Source: an uncultured Coriobacteriia bacterium
GTDB lineage: Bacteria > Actinomycetota > Coriobacteriia > Coriobacteriales > QAMH01
Assembly: GCA_902478425.1 (NCBI GenBank)
Contig: CABSKV010000002.1
Coordinates: 1-48,155 of the forward strand
Direction of reading: 5' to 3'
DNA: 48,155 nucleotides
Made by a program: the position numbers and the translations under genes. This document shows, in pieces, positions 1 to 8,885 of this stretch. Positions within the stretch are counted from its first letter, which is position 1. Every line of letters starts with the position of its first letter. The notes under the pieces are model-generated. The model had not been told where the DNA came from. It did no database searches and saw only the letters and a program-made list of their open reading frames with translations.

Positions 1-1198
1 GGCAATAGCTTGCCAGCGCGCCGAAGTTCACGACCTTGGCAAGCCCCTCCATGCCGATGACGAGCAAGAACGGCAGCAGCACGAGCGAAAGCGCCGCCAC
101 GAAGCAGGTCGCGACGATGGGCACGCCGCGCTTCTCGTCCATCTTGGCAAGCGGCGAGGGCAGCGACCCGCTCTTGCCCATGACGTAGAGGATGCGCGAC
201 ACCGACACCATGGCCACGAGGCCGGTGAACACGCCCTGGGCCAGCGCGACCGAGATGGCGCAAAGCTCGCCGAACCACTTGCCGCCCACGAGCTCGGCGA
301 TCTGGTAGAAACCGTTGGTCTCGTTGGCGCGGCAAATAGCGCCCGTCGGGTCCACGCAAGTCGCGATGAAGCACGTCGACATGAAGATGAGCGCGAGGAT
401 GATGACCATGATCATCATCGCGCGCGACGGCCCGTGCCGCTCGTCCTTAGCCTCTTCGGTGAGCGTCGCCACGCACCCGAAGCCAACGAACGAGAACACG
501 GCAAGCGATGCGGCACTCATCATGCCACCCGCGTTGAAGTTCGACGCGTCGAAGATTGCGTCAAACGTGAAGTACGAGGTCTCGGGATGGTTCACGATGT
601 AGACGATGCCCAGCACGACGAATGCGCCCAGCACGATGAGCTCGAGCACGAGCGCGATGCGATTGACGAACATCGTGGTGCTCATGCCACGCGAGGCGAT
701 GAAGAAGACGAACGCCAGGATGATGAGGCACCAGCCCCACACGGGCACCGCTGGGAAGTACGTGCTCAGCGCCTCGCCGGCCATGGTGAACACCATGTCG
801 GGCGAGAGCAGGTACTGCAGGAGCATGAGCCATCCGGCGATGAAGCCCAGCGCCTTGCCGAGGCTGCGCGAAGTGTAGGTGTAGATCGAGCCCGACGAAG
901 GGAAGGTGCGGATCATCACGCCGAACGACAGCACGGTGAAGAACATCGAGACGAAGGCGACGAAATACGCGAGCGCCGGCATGCCTCCCGACGCGTTCGA
1001 CACGCCGCCAAAGAGGCTGAACGTGGCGATGGGGACCATGAAGATGAGGCCGTAGACCACCATGTCGAAGACACCGAGCGTCTTCTTGAATCCGCCATCC
1101 CCCTGTGTCGAAGATGTGTCCGCAGCCTTTGCCGCAGTTTGCGAGCCGCTCTGCACCGAAGCGTCTGTCTTCGGAGCTGCATCCTTGGTATCAGCCAT
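1..1198 (-). CDS. APC-superfamily amino acid/polyamine permease (first ~399 codons; 3' end runs off the window)
   Basis: Absent from the ORF track because it is open to the window edge. My own translation of the minus strand starts at ATG 1198, with AAGGAGGGG just upstream: MADTKDAAPK...GGFKKTLGVFDMVVYGLIFMVPIATFSLFGG...SGSIYTYTSRSLGKALGFIAGW... It shows repeated TM helices, strong GC3 bias, and no stop codon down to position 1. Confidence 0.8.
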   Translation of the reverse strand, partial: MADTKDAAPKTDASVQSGSQTAAKAADTSSTQGDGGFKKTLGVFDMVVYGLIFMVPIATFSLFGGVSNASGGMPALAYFVAFVSMFFTVLSFGVMIRTFPSSGSIYTYTSRSLGKALGFIAGWLMLLQYLLSPDMVFTMAGEALSTYFPAVPVWGWCLIILAFVFFIASRGMSTTMFVNRIALVLELIVLGAFVVLGIVYIVNHPETSYFTFDAIFDASNFNAGGMMSAASLAVFSFVGFGCVATLTEEAKDERHGPSRAMMIMVIILALIFMSTCFIATCVDPTGAICRANETNGFYQIAELVGGKWFGELCAISVALAQGVFTGLVAMVSVSRILYVMGKSGSLPSPLAKMDEKRGVPIVATCFVAALSLVLLPFLLVIGMEGLAKVVNFGALASYC

Positions 1199-1211
1199 GA
1201 TAATCCCCTCC

Positions 1212-2675
1212 TTATCCTCTCCCGTTTTTCCCGTCCGTCGCGCTGTTCGCAGCAGCCGCGCTCGCCTGATGGCGACGCACGAGGCGCGTATAGACGACTG
1301 CGAGAATAATCGCCACTACCAGTATACCGATGGCAATGAGCAGGGTATGGGAAAAGCCGGACGCGTAGGCATCGGCCTTGCTCATTCCCCCGGCCATCAA
1401 ATGGGTGACGTCACCGGACATGACACCCACGAACAAAGCCGACGAAAGGGAGGATCCTATCTGCACGACCGTCGAGTGGATGGACGAGCCGTGCGAGGAG
1501 ATGTCACGGGGAAGCGAAGCGAGGTCGACGGTCTTCACCGCCGGGAAGAAGGCACCGAGGCCCGCATAGGAGACGGCGGCGCTGGCAAGCACGGCGATGA
1601 CGATCAGCTGCGCGGAGGAAAAGTACATGCCGATATAGCCGATGAGCACGACCGCGAACCCCGCCGGCACGAGCGGCCAGACGCCATGCTTCGAGAGCAG
1701 ATGACCACTGGGGAAGCACCAGCCCGCATAGCACAGGATGGGCACGATGCACATGCAACCGGCTATGAACGGCGAGTACGAGGCCGCACCCTCGAGGTAT
1801 AGGGGGACGAGCAGGCTCATGTACACCGATGCCATGTACACGAGCGTGACGAGCGTCTCGCCGACCGTGTAGACGGGATACCTGAGGGACGCCAGGTTGA
1901 GCAGAGGCTCCTCGATGTGCAGCTGGCGATATACGAAGATGGCGAGTATCGCGATGCCGACGAGCATGACGACAAGCGGCGGGAAGAGCTCGTGCGAAAT
2001 CTCGTTGAGACCGTAGAGGAAACAGGCCAGGCCGACGAGGCTCAGCGCAACGCTCGGGATGTCGATATGGGCCTTCCTACGTGCGTAGAGGTTGTGGATG
2101 GCCGGCCTGCCCACGACGATGAGAACGAGGGCGATTGCCGCGGGGACGAGGAAGAGCGGACGAAGACCCACGTAGGTGATGATGAGGCCCGAGACCGGCG
2201 GGGCAAACGCCAGAGCAACGCCAATGACGCCACTGTTCACGGCGAGAAGCGTCGCCGCCTTGCCCTTGGGAGAGATCGTCAGCAGCGCCTCGTTGATGAG
2301 CGGGAAGCACAGCCCCGTGCAAACGGCCTGCAAAGCGCGGGCGGCGATCATGGCCGGATAGTCCCAGGCGAAAAATCCGAGCAGCGAGCCCACGAGTGAA
2401 AAGGCAAAGCCGATGGTCATGAGCTTGTGCAGCCCGATGCGCTCGAGCAGCTTCGCGGCCATGATGATGGTCGTGGCGGTGACGATCGTGAAGGCAAGCA
2501 CCATCCAGTTGGCCTGCGAAAGCGTGATGTGGAAGTCAGTTGCGACGTAGTCGAGCGCGACGTTCATGAGGGACTGCGTAAACGACGCGAGGAGATTGCT
2601 CACGAGCAGGACGACGATCATCGCCGTCCGCGCTGCGCCCACTGGCGGGCTTGGTGTCCCCGCATCCTCTGCCAT
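1212..2675 (-). CDS. MFS transporter, DHA2 (EmrB/QacA-like) type
   Basis: 487-aa ORF that is hydrophobic throughout (about 14 TM segments by eye), with an MFS-like loop (KLLERIGLHKLM). The internal Met at 2621 is an alternative start. Confidence 0.85.
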   Translation of the reverse strand: MAEDAGTPSPPVGAARTAMIVVLLVSNLLASFTQSLMNVALDYVATDFHITLSQANWMVLAFTIVTATTIIMAAKLLERIGLHKLMTIGFAFSLVGSLLGFFAWDYPAMIAARALQAVCTGLCFPLINEALLTISPKGKAATLLAVNSGVIGVALAFAPPVSGLIITYVGLRPLFLVPAAIALVLIVVGRPAIHNLYARRKAHIDIPSVALSLVGLACFLYGLNEISHELFPPLVVMLVGIAILAIFVYRQLHIEEPLLNLASLRYPVYTVGETLVTLVYMASVYMSLLVPLYLEGAASYSPFIAGCMCIVPILCYAGWCFPSGHLLSKHGVWPLVPAGFAVVLIGYIGMYFSSAQLIVIAVLASAAVSYAGLGAFFPAVKTVDLASLPRDISSHGSSIHSTVVQIGSSLSSALFVGVMSGDVTHLMAGGMSKADAYASGFSHTLLIAIGILVVAIILAVVYTRLVRRHQASAAAANSATDGKNGRG

Positions 2676-2715
2676 CGCTCATTCGCCTAACACGTAAATA
2701 ATTTTCGTCAAGAAT

Positions 2716-2760
2716 ATTGTACTGCTAAATAGGTGAATGGCGCATAACTATCTTTATGCG
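2716..2760 (-). promoter_or_regulatory. Possible MFS promoter (-10 TACAAT) with an overlapping 7-6-7 inverted repeat
   Basis: On the minus strand, TACAAT lies at 2721..2716. The inverted repeat CGCATAA-n6-TTATGCG at 2741..2760 sits where a -35 element would be. The whole region is AT-rich. Confidence 0.3.
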
Positions 2761-2897
2761 GAATGGCTAAGACAAGGATGTCTTGGAGATCGTCACGTCT
2801 GATGCGGCTGTCGGTATTCTAAGCGGGTTTTTTCGCACACGAAACGCACATGCAAGCAAAAAGGCCAACGAGAAAACCCGCTGACCTTTACCTTTAC

Positions 2898-2974
<77 letters not shown>

Positions 2975-3039
2975 ATATGCTGCGTGCCTCACACGCGAGT
3001 TGCAATATTACCACAACGAAAACGGCATGCCCCGCGAAT

Positions 3040-4305
3040 TTACGAATCGCTTATCGCGAGTCCGTGCGCGCGTCCCGTCTCCAGCTCCGTGACGATCGCA
3101 TCGGCACGCACGATGAAGCGCGATGCGGCCTGCACCGCCTGCGGCCCGCAAATCTCGACAAGCAGCTGCGCGTTGTTCCAGCAATCGCACAGCTCGCCGA
3201 GCTTGTCTTGCACGGCCTTGGCACGCACGTTGGTGCTGCCGGCATTATCGGGCAGGCAATCCGCGAACTCGCGCGTCACGTAACGCAGTGCCTTTGCCTG
3301 CTTGCGCACGTCATGCACGGCATCCTGATTGTCATAGTCGACACGTGCCATCTCCACCTCGTATGCCGTGCGCATCTCGTTCACGCGCTCGACGAGCTCT
3401 TCCGGCTCCAGTCCACGCTGCCAGACAGAGCGGCGCCACGGCAGCTCCCCGACGCGCTTGACGATGCGCCTGATCGCACGCTGCGTTGCCTCGGAGCCAA
3501 AGCGCTCGACGAACGCCTCGCGCTCCTCCGAGCATTCCGCACGGACCATGCCGGCCTCACTCGTCTGTGCATCGAGCGCCGCGCTCAGCATGTCGAGCTC
3601 GCGCAATCGCGACGTGGGGTCTTGCAGCTTCTTGAGCTCACGCATCTCCTGCTTGATGGTTCCGCGCTTGCAGTACGGTTTCAAGAACTCCAGAAGCGAG
3701 CGCGTCACGCGCAGCGAGATGCGATACTGATGCAGCGATTCGGGATCATCCGGGTTCTCGAGCAGTTGCGCCGCGCAGCGCTCTATGCGCGCCGCGGCCT
3801 CGGCAAGGCCGTCTTCCACGCTGGCGAGCACGTCCCAGTTGGAGTGCCGCGGCCCCTGCACGAACCATTCGGGATACGCATCCAGGCCCTTGAAGGCCAG
3901 CGCCGCCATCGCGCCCGGTCGCATGTCTTGTGCGACGCCGCTCAAGCTGGCGTAGAACTCCTCCATGAAGGGGTTGTGCCCCACGGCGATAACCGTACCC
4001 TGCTCGTTGTAGAGCTCGGCGACGAACTCGTCGTTGCTATCCGCGTACAGCGATTCCTTGACCTCGATACCCCCGATGCCGAGCGCACGAGCGATGACCT
4101 CAGCCGTCTGCAGCGCACGCAGCGCCGGGCTGCTCCAGATCTGCACCTCGCCCAGCTCCTCGTCGGACAGGAGCTGCAAGCTGATGGGATAGCGCGCCTC
4201 GAGCGCGTACCGGCCTGCCCGCGTGAGCTGGCGTTCGCGGTCGGTCAGCTCGCCGCTATGCTCCTGCGCCTTGCCGTGTCGGACGAGAACCAGTCTGGAA
4301 ACCAT
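3040..4305 (-). CDS. Histidine phosphatase (SixA-like) fused to a CHAD domain
   Basis: 421-aa ORF with an AAGGAGGGG RBS. The N-terminus carries LVLVRHGKA and VGHNPFM (RHG and HNP motifs of SixA-type phosphatases). The C-terminal ~250 aa carry CHAD-like helices ([17 protein letters not shown] and [18 protein letters not shown]). Confidence 0.8.
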   Translation of the reverse strand: MVSRLVLVRHGKAQEHSGELTDRERQLTRAGRYALEARYPISLQLLSDEELGEVQIWSSPALRALQTAEVIARALGIGGIEVKESLYADSNDEFVAELYNEQGTVIAVGHNPFMEEFYASLSGVAQDMRPGAMAALAFKGLDAYPEWFVQGPRHSNWDVLASVEDGLAEAAARIERCAAQLLENPDDPESLHQYRISLRVTRSLLEFLKPYCKRGTIKQEMRELKKLQDPTSRLRELDMLSAALDAQTSEAGMVRAECSEEREAFVERFGSEATQRAIRRIVKRVGELPWRRSVWQRGLEPEELVERVNEMRTAYEVEMARVDYDNQDAVHDVRKQAKALRYVTREFADCLPDNAGSTNVRAKAVQDKLGELCDCWNNAQLLVEICGPQAVQAASRFIVRADAIVTELETGRAHGLAISDS

Positions 4306-4332
4306 GAAACCCCTCCTTGCAGCGACCGGCAG

Positions 4333-4734
4333 CTACAGCGCTTCCGGGTCTTCGCGTTTCAAGATGAAGTGGTAGATGATGAGCACGACGCCTTCGACCG
4401 CCGCGGCGATGAGCGCGATGATGATGACGATGTGCGCATAGAGGTGCATGCGCGCAAGCACAGCACCCACGATGACGAGAATGCCGCCGATGACGACGGC
4501 GAGCGGAATATAGCTCTTGCCCTTGCCGGGGTCACAGGAAACGGCATAGCCCGCCAGGGCGAAGACCACGGCCGACAACCCGGAGAACCAGGTGATCGAC
4601 GCGATGATCGTGCCGATTTCCTGCACCTGCATGAGGAGGCTGAACCCGCACGCCGAGCCACCGATGCCCGCGACGATCACCGAGATGATGCGCGTCAGGA
4701 TCTGCCTCTTCGAAAGTCGATACTCGTTACTCAT
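4333..4734 (-). CDS. Small integral membrane protein (about 4 TM), unknown function
   Basis: 133-aa ORF with four hydrophobic stretches and GC3-biased codons. It lies 18 nt downstream of the preceding gene. No clear RBS. Confidence 0.6.
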   Translation of the reverse strand: MSNEYRLSKRQILTRIISVIVAGIGGSACGFSLLMQVQEIGTIIASITWFSGLSAVVFALAGYAVSCDPGKGKSYIPLAVVIGGILVIVGAVLARMHLYAHIVIIIALIAAAVEGVVLIIYHFILKREDPEAL

Positions 4735-4752
4735 GCGGCATATGGTAGCAGC

Positions 4753-5982
4753 TTATAGCGTGAACTGCATGCCGTCTTCGGCCACGATGACGCGGCCATC
4801 GAATTGCTCCGCGTAGCGGTATATCTCGTCGATCTCGTTGACGCCCGGCTCGCACATGTGCGGCGCGAGGTGCGTGAGGTACACGCGTCCGGCATCGAGA
4901 ATGTCGATGCCCTCGTGCACGGTCTGGCGTACGTCGTGATGCGAGCGCGCCGTGCCGTGGTTCTCCCAGAAGGTCGAGTCCATGACGAGGTTGTCAACGC
5001 CCTTGAGGATCTCGATGACCTCGGGCTTGAGATCGCTCGTGTCGGGCGCGTAGAAGGTGCGCCTCCCCTGCGGAGTGGTGATGAGGTAGCCGAAGGTCCC
5101 CGGCGCATGCTTGAGCGGCAGCGCCTGTATCGTCAGCCCGTCGACCTCGCGCGTGTCGTACTCGTCCATCACGTCGAGCACGAAGCAATCGTCCATGTAG
5201 GAGTACTCCTTGAGCGTCTCGGCAATCGCGTATTCGCTCGCGTGAAAGGGCATCGTACCCATGAGGTATAAGCGGATGAAGTACTCGAACTCGCCCAGGC
5301 CGCCCATGTGGTCGTAGTGCGCGTGGGTGAGGAAAAAGTCGTTGATCACGCTGATGCCCTCGCGGTTGAGCTGATGGCGCACGTCGGGCGGGGCGTCGAT
5401 GACGGTGGTGCCGTGCCCGCGCAAGGCCACGCCCGTGCAGCCACGGCGCTTGGACGGGTCCTTGCGTGCGGCCTCGCAAGCCGGGCAGTGGCAGAAGAAC
5501 GCCGGCACTCCGCACCCCGAGCTCGTCCCCAAGAAGGTGAAGGTGCGCTCGATGGGAAGCGAGCGGAAGGGCAGCGGCCCACATGCGGCCTTGTCGGGGC
5601 ACGCGTCGCATTCGGCGCGGTACTCCGGCGCGATCGCATCCCAGCCGCAGCGCTCGAAGCCACAAGACAGGTAGAAGGGCTCGATCTCGCCACGCGCCAC
5701 GAGGCGCAGGTCAGGATGCAAGCGCAGCGCGTCGTTGAGCAGCGCACGACCCACGCCCTTGCCCTGCACGACGTCGAAGACGACGATGGGGCGCACGTTC
5801 CATGAGCCGTCACTACCCTGCTCCAGGCGGCAGGCGCCGTACATCGTGTTGTCCGGCGTCACGGCAACGCGCACGTTCTCGGAGCTCTGCAAGTCGCTGA
5901 AGCCCTCGACCGAAAACAGGTAGCGAATGAGGTCCATGTCCGCCTCGACGCAATCGCGGATGTGATATTCGGGTGCGATCAT
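4753..5982 (-). CDS. GNAT acetyltransferase fused to a PhnP-like metallo-beta-lactamase-fold phosphodiesterase
   Basis: I place the start at the Met of MIAPEYH (ATG 5982), which overlaps the upstream stop as ATGA. The first 60 codons of track ORF 4753..6162 overlap the flavin reductase gene. The N-terminus has GNAT motif A (VVQGKGVGRALL). The C-terminus has LGTSSGCGVPAFFCHCPACEAARKDP...LTHAHYDHMGG, that is a PhnP-type Cys cluster plus HxHxDH. Confidence 0.8.
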   Translation of the reverse strand: MIAPEYHIRDCVEADMDLIRYLFSVEGFSDLQSSENVRVAVTPDNTMYGACRLEQGSDGSWNVRPIVVFDVVQGKGVGRALLNDALRLHPDLRLVARGEIEPFYLSCGFERCGWDAIAPEYRAECDACPDKAACGPLPFRSLPIERTFTFLGTSSGCGVPAFFCHCPACEAARKDPSKRRGCTGVALRGHGTTVIDAPPDVRHQLNREGISVINDFFLTHAHYDHMGGLGEFEYFIRLYLMGTMPFHASEYAIAETLKEYSYMDDCFVLDVMDEYDTREVDGLTIQALPLKHAPGTFGYLITTPQGRRTFYAPDTSDLKPEVIEILKGVDNLVMDSTFWENHGTARSHHDVRQTVHEGIDILDAGRVYLTHLAPHMCEPGVNEIDEIYRYAEQFDGRVIVAEDGMQFTL

Positions 5983-6530
5983 GCGCTGAATCCTTCCTCG
6001 AAGTGCCCGAACTGCGCCCGCTGCCCCATGAGCAGCGCAGGAGTCGGCACGAGTTTGCCGTTGCCATCGATCTCGCCACGCGTCTCGGCGACGAGCGTGC
6101 GGCCGATGAAGAGCTCGTGGTCGCCATGCACCTGCGATTCCACCAGCTCGCACTCGATCCACGAAATAGCCTGCTCGATGCGCGCGGCATCCACCTGCGC
6201 GGCTTCGGCGGCCACGAGGCCGGCCTGTCCGATGCGGTCGTCGATGCCGGCTTTCTTGCCGCAGGTCATGGCAATCGCCACGGCCTTGTCATCGGCGCCC
6301 AGCACGTTGACGACGAAGCAGCCCGTCTCGCGCATGGCGCATGCGGTCTGTCCGCCGGGGCGAATCGCGACGGCGATGAGGCTCGGCTCATGCGAGATGG
6401 GCATGGCCCACGCGATGGTCGCGACCTTGTCCGCACCCGCCGCATCGCGTGCCGTGACAAGCGTCACGGTCGTGGGAATGAGCAGCGTGGCGATCTCGTT
6501 GCCGCTAAGCTCGCTGAGCGATCCTGTCAT
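5979..6530 (-). CDS. Flavin reductase-like (FMN-binding split-barrel) protein
   Basis: 183-aa ORF with a GAGGAG RBS. VTLVTARDAAGADKVATIAWAMPISHEPSLIAV is typical of the flavin_reduct family. Confidence 0.8.
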   Translation of the reverse strand: MTGSLSELSGNEIATLLIPTTVTLVTARDAAGADKVATIAWAMPISHEPSLIAVAIRPGGQTACAMRETGCFVVNVLGADDKAVAIAMTCGKKAGIDDRIGQAGLVAAEAAQVDAARIEQAISWIECELVESQVHGDHELFIGRTLVAETRGEIDGNGKLVPTPALLMGQRAQFGHFEEGFSA

Positions 6531-6552
6531 CGTGACTCCTCGCTCGTCGTGC

Positions 6553-7533
6553 CTACATGATGGGCGGGACGTAGATCTTCATGCGCGACTGCGGAATGGC
6601 GCGCTTGGCGAGCTCCTGGCAACCCTCGACGATGGTATCGAGACGGTCGGTCGGCACGCCCATGTACATCATGTCCTCGCCGATGTCGCTTGACGCGCGT
6701 CCGCCGTAGCAGCCAAACGAGATGTTCGGCTCGCCGTTCATGAGCGGCAGCAGCGTCGCCTCCACGCATTGCGCGTTGAAGCCCGACGCATGGAAGTCGT
6801 GACGATGCCCGTCGAAGTACGACATGCTCATCGACAGCCACATCATCTGCTCGGGCGTACCCGTGAACACGATGACCTCGGGATGGCGCGTGCACTTGCC
6901 GAGCGGTTGCACGAGTGTCGCGCGCTTGGATTTGGGTGGCAGCGTCGGGCGCTCGGCCACCATCTTGGCGGCAGCCTCGGCGTCCACGACCTTGTGGAAC
7001 AGCACGTAGATCTCGCCGGTGGCGAGCTTGTCGGGCACGCCGGTCATGCCGAAAATCGAGGTGCCGTCAGGGCACGCGTGGCAGTGCGGCGGCATGAGTA
7101 TGGATGCCCCGCGTCGCGCCGCGTTCATGCTCTGGCAATAACGTAGCTTCTCGGTGGGCATGGGCACGTCGGGCAGCGGCTCGTCGATGTCGATGAGGCC
7201 GACGGCAACTGGATGCCAGCGCAGATCGAGCGCCTTCATGATGGCCTTCTCGGCCTCGGCGTAATGGCGCTGCTCCTCGGCACTGATGGGCTCGGCGCGC
7301 TCCTCGTCGGCATACGGGTCGTATGCGGCGGCATCGGTCAACGACTTGATCACGATAGCGCGCTGTGGGCACTGGCCCGAGCACGTCGTGCAACCGACGC
7401 AAGCCTCCATGTCGACTGCCTTCGGCATGCCGTTCTCGTCCACCTCGAGGCAGTACTGCGGGCAAAACGCCACGCACAGCCCGCAGGCAACGCAGCGATC
7501 CGCATCGTGTATGAACTCGTAGTCAGCGCTCAT
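6553..7533 (-). CDS. 2x[4Fe-4S] ferredoxin domain fused to a DUF169-like domain
   Basis: 326-aa ORF with an AAGGAG RBS. The N-terminus has CVACGLCVAFCP and CVGCTTCSGQCP. The remainder (LRYCQSMNAARRG...FGCYGGRASS) resembles DUF169. Confidence 0.75.
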   Translation of the reverse strand: MSADYEFIHDADRCVACGLCVAFCPQYCLEVDENGMPKAVDMEACVGCTTCSGQCPQRAIVIKSLTDAAAYDPYADEERAEPISAEEQRHYAEAEKAIMKALDLRWHPVAVGLIDIDEPLPDVPMPTEKLRYCQSMNAARRGASILMPPHCHACPDGTSIFGMTGVPDKLATGEIYVLFHKVVDAEAAAKMVAERPTLPPKSKRATLVQPLGKCTRHPEVIVFTGTPEQMMWLSMSMSYFDGHRHDFHASGFNAQCVEATLLPLMNGEPNISFGCYGGRASSDIGEDMMYMGVPTDRLDTIVEGCQELAKRAIPQSRMKIYVPPIM

Positions 7534-7551
7534 GGGCTGCTCCTTGTCGCG

Positions 7552-8859
7552 TTAGGCGGTGGGGCCCGTACCCCACATCTCGTAGATGCGCTCACCGGCG
7601 GAATTCGTCATCTGGTAGCTGCAAAACGGAATCACGCGCCCGTCCTTCATCGCCACCGTCATCGAGCACTCCGCCATGCGCTCGGTCGTGGTCGTCATCG
7701 CGTCCATGTAGTTCATGATGATGACGCTGATGCCGCGAAACAGGTTGACGCCCTTCTTGTAGAGGATGTCGGGCAGTACCGAGCCCTGCGGCGAGGTCGG
7801 GTCGTAGTACTGCATGTACTCCTCGCTCGACAGGCCGCGCGTGGCCGGGATGTAGCCGCCGTTTTCATCCGGCATGAGGAAGGTGCCGGTATCGCACAGC
7901 GGATGCGAGCATCCAAGCGGCATGATGTCGGCGACCTTGATGCGGCCACCGGTCTGCTCCTCGAGCGCGTAGATAGTGTCGCCGGCCGTGTACGGCGCGT
8001 ACTCGCTCGGCTCGAAGCGCCCCGATGTGAACGCGGGCTGCAGCGCCACGCCGATCACCACGTCGGAGTTCTCCCACGCAAAGTCGATGACCTCGCCGAC
8101 GCGATCGTCGTTCACGCCCTTGACGATGGTCATGCACAGCACGACCTGGATGCCCACCTCGCGGCAGTTCTCGATGCACGCCATCTTGTCGGCGAGCATC
8201 GCGGCCTTGCCGCAAATCGCCTCGTAGGGCTCCTCGTCGATGCCGTCGAAGGACAGGTATATGCCCGTGATGCCCGCATCGACGAGCTCTTGCAGGTACT
8301 TCTTCGAGCGGCCAATGACGATGCCATTCGTGTTGATCTCGATGCCGGTGAAGCCGTGGCGACGCGCGCACATGACGATCTCGGGCAGGTCGCTGCGCAC
8401 CGTGGGCTCGCCGCCGGTGATCTGCAAACCCGTCTCGGGGCCGACCTTCTCGGCGAGCGTGGCAATGAGCCCCTCGATCTCGCCGAAGGTGATGCCGTCG
8501 CTCGGGAAATCCGCGCTCATGAAGCACACGGGGCACTTCGCGTTGCAGCGGCGCGTGACCTCAATCTCGACGAGCGTGCCGCGTCGCAGGTGGCGACGAC
8601 ACAGGCCGCAGCTCTTGGGGCATTCGTCGTCGATGGGATAATCGCGGCACTTGGGAACCGTCGGGGCGACGCGCATCGAGCGCAGCCATTCGTAATGCGC
8701 GGCATCCGGCCACACGTAGGTAACGGTCTCGCCGTGCTCCGGGCATGTGCGCGTCATCCAGACCTTGCCCTCGTCATCTGCGTAGATGTCGGCCTTCAGC
8801 TGCGTCAGGCAATGCGGACACAGCGCATGCGCCGTATGTAGCAGTTGCTTCTCAGTCAT
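7552..8859 (-). CDS. Radical SAM protein with an N-terminal zinc-ribbon/rubredoxin-like motif
   Basis: I place the start at MTEKQLL (ATG 8859, AAAAGGA RBS). The upstream 81 codons of the track ORF overlap the neighbouring gene. Motifs seen: CPHC...CPEHG, then the CNAKCPVC (CxxxCxxC) cluster motif, and ITGGEPT. Confidence 0.85.
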   Translation of the reverse strand: MTEKQLLHTAHALCPHCLTQLKADIYADDEGKVWMTRTCPEHGETVTYVWPDAAHYEWLRSMRVAPTVPKCRDYPIDDECPKSCGLCRRHLRRGTLVEIEVTRRCNAKCPVCFMSADFPSDGITFGEIEGLIATLAEKVGPETGLQITGGEPTVRSDLPEIVMCARRHGFTGIEINTNGIVIGRSKKYLQELVDAGITGIYLSFDGIDEEPYEAICGKAAMLADKMACIENCREVGIQVVLCMTIVKGVNDDRVGEVIDFAWENSDVVIGVALQPAFTSGRFEPSEYAPYTAGDTIYALEEQTGGRIKVADIMPLGCSHPLCDTGTFLMPDENGGYIPATRGLSSEEYMQYYDPTSPQGSVLPDILYKKGVNLFRGISVIIMNYMDAMTTTTERMAECSMTVAMKDGRVIPFCSYQMTNSAGERIYEMWGTGPTA

Positions 8860-8885
8860 ATGGGTCCTTTTCGGGTGAGACAGCT

